Assembly (NCBI GenBank): GCA_964508905.1
Contig: CAZDVO010000001.1
Span: 81,374 to 145,373 of the forward strand
Length of the DNA: 64,000 nt
From: an uncultured bacterium
GTDB taxonomy: Bacteria; Omnitrophota; Omnitrophia; Omnitrophales; Aquincolibacteriaceae
Direction: 5' to 3'
Shown here: piece after piece, positions 27,636 to 38,009 of the stretch
Layout: the number at the start of each line of letters is the position of its first letter
Numbering within the stretch: the first letter of the stretch is position 1
Program-made: the position numbers and the translations under genes
The notes under the pieces: generated by a model
Database searches by the model: none
Told to the model about the DNA's origin: nothing
Seen by the model: only the letters and a program-made list of their open reading frames with translations

Positions 27636-27994
27636 TGGCGATGTTCCTTGTGGTTTTTTTTCTCGGGGGAACGGCGCTTTTTGCGGAGAAGCCCGGAGAG
27701 CCTTTTAAAGATAGCGGATTCAAACAAGTTGCGAAGCTTGAAGGACGTGGGTGGCTGAATATCCTGACCTGTCCGGCGGAACTTGTGTATACGCTCAAGG
27801 CGGAACCTCAAGCTCATCCCAAAGCCTGGCCCGCTACTTATATTCCGCGATTTTTTGGCAATATCGTGACGAGGCTGACCTCCGGGATCAATGACATTCT
27901 GGTTCTACCTTGGGGCGTTCCTTTTTCCGCGGATGCAACCCCGCTGACCCGGAGATTTGATCTCCCAGATTATGTTTGGCAAAAAGACCTGTAA
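27620..27994 (+). CDS. small secreted protein, paralogue A of a three-member family in this window
   Basis: 124 aa; signal peptide; shares a K-x-G-[RQ]-G-[LW]-x-N...D[IL]...G...G...P pattern with 31778-32119 and 29403-29924. Confidence 0.5.
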   Translation: MEKKIVAMFLVVFFLGGTALFAEKPGEPFKDSGFKQVAKLEGRGWLNILTCPAELVYTLKAEPQAHPKAWPATYIPRFFGNIVTRLTSGINDILVLPWGVPFSADATPLTRRFDLPDYVWQKDL

Positions 27995-28023
27995 CAGCGC
28001 ATAGTTCCCGAGCGATTCTTCCC

Positions 28024-28782
28024 ATGAAAACCAATCAGACCGCAGTGATCCTTGTCTGCCCTGAAAACCCCGACAACATTGGGGCCGTTGCCCGAGCTGT
28101 CAAGAATATGGGTTTTTCAGATCTTCGTTTGGTGACTCCGCCCCAAAGATGGCGCACGAAGGCCAGAAAGATGGCGGTGTCTGCCGAGGACGTGCTTAAG
28201 CGGGCTCTTGTTTTTTCATCGCTTCAGAAAGCCGTATCTGATCTCGGTACTGTGGTCGGAACCTCGCGTCGGGGGGGTGGACATCGGGGAGTTTTCCTTC
28301 CTTTCGACGCCGGAATCTCGAAGCTCCGGACGGCAACGTTTCGTCAGAAGGTGGGTATCGTTTTTGGGCGGGAATCGAAGGGGCTCTCGAATGATGAAAG
28401 CGCTTTATGCGATTATTTGGTCACGATCCCGACCGGAGCGGTATACCCATCCCTGAATCTTGCTCAGGCAGTGATGGTGATGCTTTTTGCGCTCATTTGG
28501 CATCAGCGAGAAAAAACGGCTCCGGTGCTCGAACGGGCTCTCGATAAAAAAGGGATCGAAGAAGCAGTGGCCCACTTTGAGCAGGCGCTTCATGTACTGG
28601 GCTATCGTAGGGGGGGGGCGGATCTTCTGCCAAGGATATTGAAAACCCTGCGGGGTCTCGTTAAGAGGGCCGGACTTTTAGAGCCTGAAGCGCAGATGAT
28701 CAAAGGGCTTTCGCGGCGGATCCGAGAAAAAGTTTTGAGTTGTCCGCGGAGCCCGGGTAGAATGAACAAAAAGGAGTCATAG
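28024..28782 (+). CDS. SpoU/TrmH-family RNA 2'-O-methyltransferase (TrmJ-like)
   Basis: 252 aa from the internal ATG; TrmJ-like N-terminus VILVCPENPDNIGAVARAVKNMGF. Confidence 0.65.
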   Translation: MKTNQTAVILVCPENPDNIGAVARAVKNMGFSDLRLVTPPQRWRTKARKMAVSAEDVLKRALVFSSLQKAVSDLGTVVGTSRRGGGHRGVFLPFDAGISKLRTATFRQKVGIVFGRESKGLSNDESALCDYLVTIPTGAVYPSLNLAQAVMVMLFALIWHQREKTAPVLERALDKKGIEEAVAHFEQALHVLGYRRGGADLLPRILKTLRGLVKRAGLLEPEAQMIKGLSRRIREKVLSCPRSPGRMNKKES

Positions 28783-28785
28783 ATC

Positions 28786-29331
28786 ATGGATGAACGAACG
28801 CTCAAAGAAGAACTTTTGAAGTTGATCCAGGAAAAAGCTGTAGTTCGTGGGGAGCGCAGGCTGGCGTCCGGAAAGATCTCTCAATACTACATTGATGGCA
28901 AGCAGGTAACGCTTGATGCTCAGGGACTCTTTCTGATGGCAAAAGTGATCCTGCATATGGCGCAAGCGGCCGGTGCTGATGCGGTAGGCGGGCCAACGCT
29001 GGGGGCCGATCCTATCGCTGCGGCTGTTTCCGTTCTAAGTTCTCAGAGCGGAAAACCCCTCAAAGCGTTTATTGTCCGCAAAGAAGCAAAAGATCATGGG
29101 ATGCAAAAGATGATCGAAGGGCCTCTTCTTGCTGAAGGCGACAAGATCGTGATGCTTGAGGATGTGATCACCACGGGCGGATCTGTGCTGAAGGCGATTA
29201 AAGAAGTGGAAAAGCTTGGCGCCAAGGTTGTGAAGACGATTTGTCTCGTGGACCGGAATGAAGGTGCGGCGGAGGTTCTTGCCAATTACAATTATTCCCC
29301 GATCTTTACCCTTCGAGAGCTAGGTCTTTAA
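28786..29331 (+). CDS. pyrE: orotate phosphoribosyltransferase
   Basis: 181 aa; PRPP-binding motif VMLEDVITTGGS. Confidence 0.85.
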   Translation: MDERTLKEELLKLIQEKAVVRGERRLASGKISQYYIDGKQVTLDAQGLFLMAKVILHMAQAAGADAVGGPTLGADPIAAAVSVLSSQSGKPLKAFIVRKEAKDHGMQKMIEGPLLAEGDKIVMLEDVITTGGSVLKAIKEVEKLGAKVVKTICLVDRNEGAAEVLANYNYSPIFTLRELGL

Positions 29332-29353
29332 ATTTTAGAGAAGCAGGAAGACA

Positions 29354-29390
29354 TAAAAAAAGCCCCGCCAAATGGCGGGGCTTTTTTATT
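29354..29390. terminator. bidirectional rho-independent terminator
   Basis: A7-GCCCCGCC-AAAT-GGCGGGGC-T6; sits between convergent genes. Confidence 0.6.
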
Positions 29391-29402
29391 TTAAAGGACT
29401 AC

Positions 29403-29924
29403 TTATTTCTTTACGTAATCGTAAGGATTGTGCTTTTTGGCCACTTTGACCGGAGCCGGCTTTGCTTCGGAGACCGTTACGATCGGTTCCTGAGAAGCGG
29501 TTTCCGTCACAGCGGGAACCATGGCCGCTGCGACCGGAGCCTGGATCGGCTCGACGACCTCAGGGGATTCTTCTAAGCAGTTCTCATAGGATTTTGAGAC
29601 AGGGAAGCCGTTGAAGCCCGGAACCCAGAAAAGGGCTACGTCAACGATACCGGAACTTGCGCGGAGTGCCGTGCAGCCGAGACCTCCGGCCATACCCGTG
29701 AGCGTCCCGATGAAAGGCGTTTCGGTCTTTGTTTTGCTGACGGTCTGGACGACGATATCCACGGGGCTGGTCGCAGCATTAACAAGACCGCGGCCGAACA
29801 TCCCGCCTGTTTTTTCTTTATAGTTTTCCGACGATGCCATTTCCCAAACATCCTTTGCAAAGCTCATCGGGACCAGCAAAAAAGCGCAGATCACAAGAGC
29901 CAGCAATACCTTTGCTTTCTTCAT
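29403..29924 (-). CDS. small secreted protein, paralogue C, with a Pro/Ala/Val-rich C-terminal tail
   Basis: 173 aa from the ATG after GGGAGG; signal peptide MKKAKVLLALVICAFLLVPMSFA; shared family pattern (see 27620-27994). Confidence 0.5.
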   Translation of the reverse strand: MKKAKVLLALVICAFLLVPMSFAKDVWEMASSENYKEKTGGMFGRGLVNAATSPVDIVVQTVSKTKTETPFIGTLTGMAGGLGCTALRASSGIVDVALFWVPGFNGFPVSKSYENCLEESPEVVEPIQAPVAAAMVPAVTETASQEPIVTVSEAKPAPVKVAKKHNPYDYVKK

Positions 29925-29993
29925 GAACAACCTCCCTTTTTTAGAAAAGTTCGAGTAGGACCAAAAGGTTTGAAAGCGGTCTCTCAGGAACAA

Positions 29994-30200
29994 CAGGGTT
30001 AAATATTACAATGAATAAAAATAACAAGCAATAATATTTTTTTGATTTATCGCCATCTTTTGTAAGCGCATTAAATACAAAGGTTTACATGAAATTAGCA
30101 AAAGCGTAAAAACTAGCAACTATTGACAATTTATAGTATGTAGGATAGGTTATGTTGTAGTATATAGCTATAATGGACTCTGAAATAGCAATACTAAACA
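29994..30200 (+). promoter_or_regulatory. AT-rich (about 28% GC) island with several promoter-like hexamers (TTGACA..., TATAAT) upstream of a small HTH gene
   Basis: composition and hexamers read directly. Confidence 0.3.
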
Positions 30201-30212
30201 AGGAGGGATAGA

Positions 30213-30437
30213 GTGGAACAGCCGAAAGAGCAACAGAGTGCGGAGTACCAATATCCCCGCCGCGAGAGAACTCAGATCATGACGCCTAAGGAAGCGGCGA
30301 AGTATCTGGGATTCCATCTCGTGACGATCTATCGTTTGCTGAAGAAGGGTGAGGTTCCGGCAACGAAGATCGGCGGACAGTGGCGTTTCAAAAAAGACGT
30401 CCTGGATGCCTGGTTGACCGATCGCATGAACCAATAA
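30213..30437 (+). CDS. excisionase-family helix-turn-helix DNA-binding protein
   Basis: 74 aa; GTG start 5 nt after AAGGAGGG; AAKYLGFHLVTIYRLLKKGEVPATKIGGQWRFKKDVLDAWL matches the excisionase-type HTH domain pattern. Confidence 0.6.
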   Translation: MEQPKEQQSAEYQYPRRERTQIMTPKEAAKYLGFHLVTIYRLLKKGEVPATKIGGQWRFKKDVLDAWLTDRMNQ

Positions 30438-30457
30438 GGATCTTGGGGCTGATCACG

Positions 30458-30473
30458 GTTATCCTCGGATAAC
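30458..30473. promoter_or_regulatory. perfect 7-bp inverted repeat GTTATCC-tc-GGATAAC just downstream of the HTH gene
   Basis: read directly; candidate protein-binding site. Confidence 0.25.
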
Positions 30474-30539
30474 ATATTGCAGGTGAGTTGAGCCCGTAGG
30501 TTCCTCGTATTTTGCTTAGACCCTTGTGGGGACAGGGAT

Positions 30540-31592
30540 CTAAGACGTTTTTCCGCGCAGTAAGGATCGTCCGATCTTTCTGTGCGGGGCTGGCATGGCG
30601 GTTTTTCCAAGCTTTGTGAGCGGGAACCATTTTCCGTGCCGCCCTTCCGGTTTTTCAGCGAGACACGGCAACGTGTAAACGTCCAAAAAGATCCTGTATT
30701 TTGTGAAAGCGTGTTGGACGGTGAATGCTATTTTCGGATCTCTCCCCCGAGCGCAGGGTTCGGCCAGTAGGGCGGCCTTCTGATCCCAGAAAGGGAACAT
30801 CCAAAGCCCTCCCCAGCGGCCTTCCGTAGGTTGTTTTTCAAGCCAGACCTCATTGCGATTATTTTTCAATACAAGCGCAGCCATGCGGCGTTTCTCATAC
30901 AGATCTCTTCCGGAGCGCGCGGGGTAAAGGATCTCTTCCCGCGTAGTGTGGGCGATGCAGCTTTTTTTTACGGGGCAACTATGACAGAGGGGTGTCAGAG
31001 GAAAACAGACAGTTGCACCCAATTCCATAAGCGCCTGGTTCAGATCACCGGGATTTCTGACGGGAAGTAGCGAGGCGGCGAGTTCCCAGAGCTTTTCCCG
31101 GGTCCCAGACTTATCCACGCTTTGCGCTACGGCGAAAATCCGCGTTAGGATGCGAATGACGTTACCATCCAGAACGGGGGCTTTCTCTCCGAAGGCAATG
31201 CTCGCGATCGCTCCTGCTGTATAACGGCCGATGCCGGGGAGCTCTTTCAGCTTGTCCGCTGTTTGAGGGATCTTGCCTCCAAAGTCTTTCAATATGATCC
31301 GAGCGGCTTGATGGAACATTCTGACTCGGCGATAGTAACCAAGGCCAGCCCAAAAGCGAAGCGCTTCACCGAGAGGAGCCTTTGCGAATACACTCAAGGA
31401 GGGAAATCGTTTGATCCAGCGGCTGTAATAGGGAATAACTGTCGCGACCTGGGTTTGTTGCAACATGATCTCGGAGACCCATATTTTGTAGGGATCGTGC
31501 GTGCGTCTCCAGGGAAGGTCCCTTTTGTGGCGGGAGTACCAGCGGAGAAGAGGTCTTGTAATTTTCAAAAGCGCGACAGAGGGCGTTTTCAT
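30540..31592 (-). CDS. mutY: A/G-specific adenine DNA glycosylase
   Basis: 350 aa; HhH-GPD core, 4Fe-4S cysteine cluster (C-x6-C-x2-C-x5-C) and a C-terminal NUDIX-like domain. Confidence 0.8.
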   Translation of the reverse strand: MKTPSVALLKITRPLLRWYSRHKRDLPWRRTHDPYKIWVSEIMLQQTQVATVIPYYSRWIKRFPSLSVFAKAPLGEALRFWAGLGYYRRVRMFHQAARIILKDFGGKIPQTADKLKELPGIGRYTAGAIASIAFGEKAPVLDGNVIRILTRIFAVAQSVDKSGTREKLWELAASLLPVRNPGDLNQALMELGATVCFPLTPLCHSCPVKKSCIAHTTREEILYPARSGRDLYEKRRMAALVLKNNRNEVWLEKQPTEGRWGGLWMFPFWDQKAALLAEPCARGRDPKIAFTVQHAFTKYRIFLDVYTLPCLAEKPEGRHGKWFPLTKLGKTAMPAPHRKIGRSLLRGKTS

Positions 31593-31777
31593 GGGCGGTA
31601 TGATAGCGGGTCGACGCTAGGGCGGCAAGGGACTCTGATAAAAGAGACGGGAAGAGAGGAAAAGGATGATACCCTCCCCCCACCGCATTAGAGGTTGTCG
31701 GTCACCATCACTTATGGCAGAATAAAAACAAGCAAATGGCAACATGCAGGGTTCTAAAAACCAAGGGAGGAAAAGCA

Positions 31778-32119
31778 ATGAAAAAGATCATGAGTCTGGT
31801 AATGGTTCTTTCGATGCTTCTCGCACCGGTGGCATTTGCAGCAAGTCCGTGGACTGAAGAGAAGGGCTATGGGGACAAGATCTCCGGCAAGCTTCAGTAT
31901 GGTCTGACCAACACGCTCCTCGGCTGGATCGATATTTTCGCGACGCCGAATGAGTATGCCAATGAAGGCAAGAATGTGTGGGCGGGCGTTGGCCAAGGGC
32001 TCGTCGATGCCGTGACGAACACGGTGGGTGGTGCGATCCAGTTGGTGACTTTTCCGATCCCTGCGGATCTTCCGCTCCCAAATGGTGGGGTGGATATTAG
32101 CGGTACCGCGAAGAAGTAA
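31778..32119 (+). CDS. small secreted protein, paralogue B
   Basis: 113 aa; ATG after AGGGAGG; signal peptide MKKIMSLVMVLSMLLAPVAFA; shared family pattern. Confidence 0.5.
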   Translation: MKKIMSLVMVLSMLLAPVAFAASPWTEEKGYGDKISGKLQYGLTNTLLGWIDIFATPNEYANEGKNVWAGVGQGLVDAVTNTVGGAIQLVTFPIPADLPLPNGGVDISGTAKK

Positions 32120-32140
32120 TCAAGAACACTGCATGTTGAA

Positions 32141-32175
32141 AGCGCCGGGCTTTGTGCCCGGCGCTTTTTATTTTT
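32141..32175 (+). terminator. rho-independent terminator
   Basis: AGCGCCGGGC-TTTGT-GCCCGGCGCT followed by a T-run. Confidence 0.6.
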
Positions 32176-32256
32176 AATTCGTTTGTTTTTCTCCCACCCT
32201 TGGATGGTCGCGACTTGCTTGCGATCTCGAGAGAGTTTTTTTCGAGTTAGAGACGA

Positions 32257-33045
32257 TCAGTTCGAGCAAGCGAATGGGGCCAGAGCCCGGAGCATTTCCT
32301 GATGGATCTGACCGTTTGTCGCCAGGTTCTGTAGGCCTAGGAGCGTAAGGGGACTTCCCGAAAAGTCTGTGAGCTTACCTCCCGCCTCTTCGACGATCAT
32401 CATGCCAGCGGCTTTATCCCAAGGAGATAGTTTCATTTCGTAGTAGCCGTCGAAACGGCCACAAGCAACATAGCAAAGGTCGATCGCGGCCGATCCGCCG
32501 CGGCGTATCCCTTGAATCTGGGTCAGGAAAACCCGAAGCATGTTCAAGTAGGTGTCCGGGTCGTTCTTTCGATCGTAGGGAAATCCTGTGGCCAGTAGCG
32601 ATTCCGAAAGAGTCCGGGTCTTGGATACATGGATGGGACGATTGTTCAAAAAGGCACCTTGGCCGCGTTCAGCAAAGAAAAGTTCTTTCCGGAATGGGTC
32701 AAAAACCCCTCCCATGATGAGCTGCCCGCTTTTTTCGAGACCGATCGAAACGGATACGATCGGAAATCCATGAGCAAAATTCGTTGTTCCATCGATCGGG
32801 TCAATGATCCAGCGGTATTCCGATCCGGAGATGGCGGGAGATTCTTCCGCAAGGATCGAGTGGTCGGGAAAGCGTCTCAAAAGGAGGTCGACCACGGCTT
32901 TTTCCGAGGCTTTATCGATCTCGGTAACGAGGTTGAACTCGCCCTTTTTGGTGATCTTTTGTTCCTTTCCGAAATGAGAGCGGATGATCTTGCCGGCCTT
33001 GTCGAGAGCTTCCAAGAGCGTACTTTTAATTTTGGAGGTCTTCAT
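32257..33045 (-). CDS. inositol monophosphatase family protein (SuhB/IMPase-like)
   Basis: about 262 aa; IMPase motifs DPIDGT and WIIDPIDGTTNF-like; the metal-binding D-x-x-D region is present. Confidence 0.7.
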   Translation of the reverse strand: MKTSKIKSTLLEALDKAGKIIRSHFGKEQKITKKGEFNLVTEIDKASEKAVVDLLLRRFPDHSILAEESPAISGSEYRWIIDPIDGTTNFAHGFPIVSVSIGLEKSGQLIMGGVFDPFRKELFFAERGQGAFLNNRPIHVSKTRTLSESLLATGFPYDRKNDPDTYLNMLRVFLTQIQGIRRGGSAAIDLCYVACGRFDGYYEMKLSPWDKAAGMMIVEEAGGKLTDFSGSPLTLLGLQNLATNGQIHQEMLRALAPFACSN

Positions 33046-33161
33046 ATAAAATAAGAGCCCTTTGGGTGGTTTAGCTGACCATTTGCCCGCCATTGTAGCG
33101 GAAGCCCAAAAGGAGCGCAATCTTCTCAAAGATCTATAACCCTAGAGAGTCGAGGCATTTC

Positions 33162-34247
33162 ATGAAATCCTATAATGTCACTTTGATCCCCGGAGATGGT
33201 GTCGGCCCCGAGCTTGCGGAAGCCGCCAAGGCTTGCCTTGAAGCCACAGGAGTTAAATTTAATTGGGATGTCCAAACCGCCGGAATGGACGTGATGGCGG
33301 CAGAAGGGACGCCTCTTCCGGACCGGGTGATCGAATCTATTCGAAAGAACAAGATCGCTATCAAATCGCCTTTGACGACGCCCGTTGGTACCGGGTTCCG
33401 TTCGGTGAACGTGGCCCTCCGCAAGGAGCTTGATCTTTACGCATGTCTCCGCCCTTGCAAATCCTACGCCGGCGTTCGTTCCCGGTATACGAATATCGAT
33501 CTTGTGATCGTTCGTGAGAACACAGAAGACCTTTACGCGGGGATCGAGTTCCAGAAGGGATCCTCCGAAGCGGTTGAGCTGATCGAGCACATCGAAAGAA
33601 TGTCCAAGAAAAAGATCCGTCCGGATTCGGGCATCAGTATCAAACCGATCTCCGTGGCCGGGACGGAGCGTATTGTGAAGTTTGCTTTTGATTATGCGAA
33701 GGCGAATCAACGGAAAAAAGTGACAGCGGTTCACAAGGCCAATATCATGAAGTTTTCAGACGGATTGTTCCTCGAAGTCGCGCGCGAAGTAGCCAAAAAG
33801 TATCCCGGGATCGAATTTGAGGATCGGATCGTTGATAACATGTGCATGCAGCTTGTCCAGAAGCCCGAGCTTTATGATGTGCTCGTTCTCCCGAATCTCT
33901 ACGGAGATATTATTTCGGACCTGTGCGCCGGGCTTGTGGGGGGGTTGGGAGTCGCTCCAGGCGCCAATATCGGAACGAACGGCGCGCTTTTTGAAGCGAC
34001 CCATGGTTCTGCGCCAAAATACAAAGGCATGAACAAACTGAACCCGACGGCGGTCATCCTGTCGGGGGTTCTGATGCTTCGCCATTTGGGAGAGGTTGAA
34101 GCGGCGGCGCGCCTTGAGAAAGCTGTGGCGGATGTGATCCGCGAAGGAAAAGATGTGACCTATGATCTTAAGGACGACCGCAATGATCCTTCGGCCGTTG
34201 GCACGAGGGAAATGGGCGAAGCCATTATTCGAAAGCTGAGGGGGTAA
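33162..34247 (+). CDS. icd: isocitrate/isopropylmalate dehydrogenase family; NAD-dependent isocitrate dehydrogenase is the likely product given the TCA context
   Basis: 361 aa; N-terminus [12 protein letters not shown] and the [10 protein letters not shown] segment, both typical of the family; adjacent to mdh, acnA and gltA. Confidence 0.6.
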   Translation: MKSYNVTLIPGDGVGPELAEAAKACLEATGVKFNWDVQTAGMDVMAAEGTPLPDRVIESIRKNKIAIKSPLTTPVGTGFRSVNVALRKELDLYACLRPCKSYAGVRSRYTNIDLVIVRENTEDLYAGIEFQKGSSEAVELIEHIERMSKKKIRPDSGISIKPISVAGTERIVKFAFDYAKANQRKKVTAVHKANIMKFSDGLFLEVAREVAKKYPGIEFEDRIVDNMCMQLVQKPELYDVLVLPNLYGDIISDLCAGLVGGLGVAPGANIGTNGALFEATHGSAPKYKGMNKLNPTAVILSGVLMLRHLGEVEAAARLEKAVADVIREGKDVTYDLKDDRNDPSAVGTREMGEAIIRKLRG

Positions 34248-34248
34248 C

Positions 34249-35178
34249 ATGGGCAAGGCCAAGGTCACCGTTGTAGGCGCCGGTTTTGTTGGTGCGACGA
34301 CGGCGCAGCGACTGATCGAGAAAGAAATTGCCGATGTCGTGTTGGTAGACGTCGTTGAGGGGCTCGCCGCGGGCAAGGCTTTGGACATGATGGAGTCTGC
34401 TTCGGTCGAAGGTTTTTCTTCGAGGATCATCGGGACGCATCGTTATGAAGAGACCGCCGGCTCGGACGTGATCGTGATCACGGCGGGTTTTGCCCGGAAA
34501 CCCGGCATGAGCCGCGACGATCTTCTTTTTAAGAACGCAGAGATCGTAGGCGGCATCGTAACGGAGAGCATAAAGTATTCTCCCCGCGCGGTCATCGTGA
34601 TGGTGACGAACCCGCTGGATGTCATGACTTGGCTTGCGTGGAAGAAGTCCGGATTTCCCGCCGAAAGAGTGATCGGTATGGCGGGCGAGCTTGATTCCTC
34701 GCGGTATGCGTACTTTCTTGCTGAGGCTACCGGTGTCGAGGCGAAAGATGTAAAGGCGATTGTTTTGGGCGGGCACGGCGATCAGATGGTTCCTGTGCCG
34801 CAACACGCTGTGGTCCTTGGGAAACCGGTTGAAAGTTTGATGGATGCGGCAAAGATCGAAGCGATCAACCAGAGGACGCGGGATGGGGGCGCGGAGATCG
34901 TGAAGCTTTTGAAGACGGGGAGCGCTTTTTATGCCCCCTCGTCCGCTGTGGTTAGAACCGTGCGCGCGATCTTGGAGGATGCCGGCGAGGTGATCCCCTC
35001 CTGCGTCTATTTGACGGGTGCCTATGGCTTAAAGGACGTTTACTGCGGGGTTCCGGTGAAGCTCGGTCGCGGTGGCGTCAAACAAGTGGTGGAATTGCCT
35101 CTTACCGAAGGGCAGAAAAGATCGCTACACGCCTCGGCTGAGGACGTTCGGCAGAATTTTCTTAAGCTGAAATTTTAA
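34249..35178 (+). CDS. mdh: malate dehydrogenase (LDH-like type)
   Basis: 309 aa; KVTVVGAGFVGATTA Rossmann motif; GGHGDQMVP active-site region. Confidence 0.85.
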   Translation: MGKAKVTVVGAGFVGATTAQRLIEKEIADVVLVDVVEGLAAGKALDMMESASVEGFSSRIIGTHRYEETAGSDVIVITAGFARKPGMSRDDLLFKNAEIVGGIVTESIKYSPRAVIVMVTNPLDVMTWLAWKKSGFPAERVIGMAGELDSSRYAYFLAEATGVEAKDVKAIVLGGHGDQMVPVPQHAVVLGKPVESLMDAAKIEAINQRTRDGGAEIVKLLKTGSAFYAPSSAVVRTVRAILEDAGEVIPSCVYLTGAYGLKDVYCGVPVKLGRGGVKQVVELPLTEGQKRSLHASAEDVRQNFLKLKF

Positions 35179-35259
35179 GAAGAATGTTAGTCTTGTCGGG
35201 CCAGTGTACAGGCCTTAAAAAAAGTAAGCGCCATTTTTAAATGCTAAAGGGATCTTCTG

Positions 35260-37953
35260 ATGAGTCTGCTGAATAGCTTTGGAAGCAAGGTGACGTTGAA
35301 GATCGCGTCCAAGGAGTACACGATCTATCGCCTTCGGGCGTTGCAGGAATGCGGGATCGCGAAGGTCCAGAGGTTGCCTTTCTCGATCCGGGTGTTGCTG
35401 GAGAATCTGTTGCGGAACGAGGACGGCAAGAACGTCACAAGAAAAGATATCGAACGTCTTGCCACTTGGGACCCGGCGCGCAAGAGCGAACACGAGATCG
35501 CCTTTACTCCAGCCCGAGTGTTGTTGCAGGACTTTACCGGGGTCCCGGCGGTCGTCGATCTTGCGGCGATGAGGGAAGCGATGGTTAAAATGGGCGGAGA
35601 TCCGAAAAAGATCAATCCGCTCCAACCGGTCGATCTCGTGATCGATCATTCGGTGCAGACAGATTTTTTTGGGAGCCCGGAAGCTTTTTCGAAGAACATC
35701 ACCCGGGAGTTCGAGCGCAATCAGGAGCGCTATCAGTTCCTGAAGTGGGGCCAACAGGCTTTCCATAACTTTCGCGTTGTTCCTCCCGCGACGGGCATTA
35801 TCCATCAGGTCAATCTCGAATATCTTTCTCCCGTGATCTTCAGCCGTAAGGAGGGAGGGAAGACCTTTCTCTATCCGGATACGTTGGTTGGGACGGATTC
35901 TCACACCACGATGATCAACGGGCTTGGCGTGCTAGGGTGGGGCGTTGGGGGGATCGAAGCGGAAGCCGCCATGCTCGGTCAACCGATCTCGATGTTGATC
36001 CCGGAAGTGGTGGGAGTGAAGTTTTCCGGAAAACTGGCGGAGGGCGTGACCGCAACCGATCTGGTGCTCACCGTGACCCAGATGCTCCGCAAAAAGGGGG
36101 TTGTCGGGAAATTCGTGGAATTTTTTGGCTCCGGCGTTGGCGAATTATCTCTGGCGGACCGGGCGGTGGTGTCGAACATGGCGCCTGAATATGGCGCCAC
36201 GGCGGGATTTTTCCCGGTGGACCAGGAAACGTTGAATTTTCTCCGTCTGACAGGGCGCAGCGATGAACAAGTCAAGCTGGCGGAGACTTATCTCAAGGAG
36301 CAGGGGCTTTTCCGTGAGGGCGGAGATGAGCGGATCGTTTATTCAGATACCCTCGAGGTCGATCTCGCGAGCGTTGTCCCGAGCCTTGCGGGACCGAAGC
36401 GGCCGCAGGACCGGGTGACGGTGAAGGAGGTTAAACCGTCCTTCACCAAACTTCTCGGTGAAACCGTAAAGAGCAAAGCGGATCTGAAGAAAAAAGCTTT
36501 TATCGATTTTTCTGGAGAAAAATGTGAGTTGGCCCAGGGCGCCGTAGTGATTGCATCGATCACGAGCTGCACGAACACCTCAAGCCCGTCAGTGATGCTA
36601 GCGGCGGGGATCCTGGCGAAGAAAGCACTGCAGAAAGGGTTGACCGTAAAACCCTGGGTCAAGACCAGCCTTGCGCCGGGATCGCAAGTGGTCACGGACT
36701 ATCTTGCGGCGAGTGGTCTTCTTTCCTGTCTCGAGGTCCTAAAGTTCAATCTGGTGGGGTATGGCTGTATGACGTGTATCGGGAATTCAGGGCCGTTGCC
36801 CGAACCTGTGTCGCAAGCGATCAAAGCCAATGATCTGGTGGTTGTCTCGGTCCTTTCCGGGAACCGGAATTTCGAAGGGCGCGTGCATGCCCAGGTCCGG
36901 GCCAACTATCTCGCGTCCCCGCCGCTGGTGGTGGCCTATGCGATCGCGGGTACCATGATGATCGATCTGGAGAAAGATCCGCTTGGGACCGGAAAAAACG
37001 GGAAACCCGTTTATCTGAAGGATATATGGCCTAGCACGGCTGAGATCCGAGAGGCGATGAAGAGCGTGGACCCCGTGATGTTCCGCAATCGTTACCGAAA
37101 TGTTTTTGAGGGTAACGAAGCGTGGCGGGCTTTGGGCGCTCCCTCGGGCGATACCTTTGTGTGGGACAAAAAATCGACCTATGTCAAACATCCGCCCTAT
37201 TTCAAAAAAATGCCGGCGATGCCGACGGAGCTTAAAGATATCAAGGCCGCCCGCGTTCTGGCCGTTCTGGGTGATTCGATCACGACGGACCATATTTCTC
37301 CAGCGGGGTCCATTAAGGTGGACAGTCCTGCCGGGAAGTATCTGGTAGAGCAGGGTGTTCCTCCCGGCGAGTTCAATTCCTATGGATCGCGCCGCGGGAA
37401 TCATGAGGTGATGATGCGCGGGACGTTTGCCAACATCCGTTTGAGGAATCTTCTGGTCCCGGGGGTTGAGGGTGGGATGACCCGTTATTTCCCGGAAGGG
37501 AAGGCCAAACCGATGACTCTCTCGATCTTTGATGCCGCCATGAAATACAAAGAAGAAGACCGTCCTCTCATCATTGTGGCAGGCAAAGAATACGGTTCGG
37601 GTTCTTCACGAGATTGGGCGGCTAAGGGACCGGCGCTTCTCGGGGTTCGCGCGGTGATCGCGGAAAGCTACGAGAGGATCCACCGGAGCAACTTGATCGG
37701 CATGGGGATCCTTCCCCTGCAGTTCTTCCAGGGCCAGAATAGCGCCTCTTTTAAATTGACGGGGGAAGAGCGTTACTCGATCGAAGGAGTGGCCAAGGGC
37801 CTTAAGCCCGGCAAGATCCTTACCGTGAAGACCGTGCAGGGCAGTACGGAAAAGATCTTTGAAGCGGTCTGCCGCATCGACACACCGATCGAACTGGAAT
37901 ATTATCGGCATGGTGGCATTTTGCAATATGTGCTTCGGCAACTGTTGAAGTAG
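35260..37953 (+). CDS. acnA: aconitate hydratase A
   Basis: 897 aa; Fe-S cluster cysteines ([19 protein letters not shown]); SGNRNFEGR motif. Confidence 0.9.
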   Translation: MSLLNSFGSKVTLKIASKEYTIYRLRALQECGIAKVQRLPFSIRVLLENLLRNEDGKNVTRKDIERLATWDPARKSEHEIAFTPARVLLQDFTGVPAVVDLAAMREAMVKMGGDPKKINPLQPVDLVIDHSVQTDFFGSPEAFSKNITREFERNQERYQFLKWGQQAFHNFRVVPPATGIIHQVNLEYLSPVIFSRKEGGKTFLYPDTLVGTDSHTTMINGLGVLGWGVGGIEAEAAMLGQPISMLIPEVVGVKFSGKLAEGVTATDLVLTVTQMLRKKGVVGKFVEFFGSGVGELSLADRAVVSNMAPEYGATAGFFPVDQETLNFLRLTGRSDEQVKLAETYLKEQGLFREGGDERIVYSDTLEVDLASVVPSLAGPKRPQDRVTVKEVKPSFTKLLGETVKSKADLKKKAFIDFSGEKCELAQGAVVIASITSCTNTSSPSVMLAAGILAKKALQKGLTVKPWVKTSLAPGSQVVTDYLAASGLLSCLEVLKFNLVGYGCMTCIGNSGPLPEPVSQAIKANDLVVVSVLSGNRNFEGRVHAQVRANYLASPPLVVAYAIAGTMMIDLEKDPLGTGKNGKPVYLKDIWPSTAEIREAMKSVDPVMFRNRYRNVFEGNEAWRALGAPSGDTFVWDKKSTYVKHPPYFKKMPAMPTELKDIKAARVLAVLGDSITTDHISPAGSIKVDSPAGKYLVEQGVPPGEFNSYGSRRGNHEVMMRGTFANIRLRNLLVPGVEGGMTRYFPEGKAKPMTLSIFDAAMKYKEEDRPLIIVAGKEYGSGSSRDWAAKGPALLGVRAVIAESYERIHRSNLIGMGILPLQFFQGQNSASFKLTGEERYSIEGVAKGLKPGKILTVKTVQGSTEKIFEAVCRIDTPIELEYYRHGGILQYVLRQLLK

Positions 37954-38009
37954 CTCGAAAACCTTTCGCAAAGGCGAAAGGCGGCTAGCGGGATTCGGGG
38001 GAAACGATC

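Noticed and set aside
29994-30212. Replication origin (AT-rich DNA unwinding element plus DnaA boxes)
   Set aside because: No dnaA or dnaN nearby, and no clustered TTATCCACA-like boxes; only one TTATCC-containing palindrome downstream.
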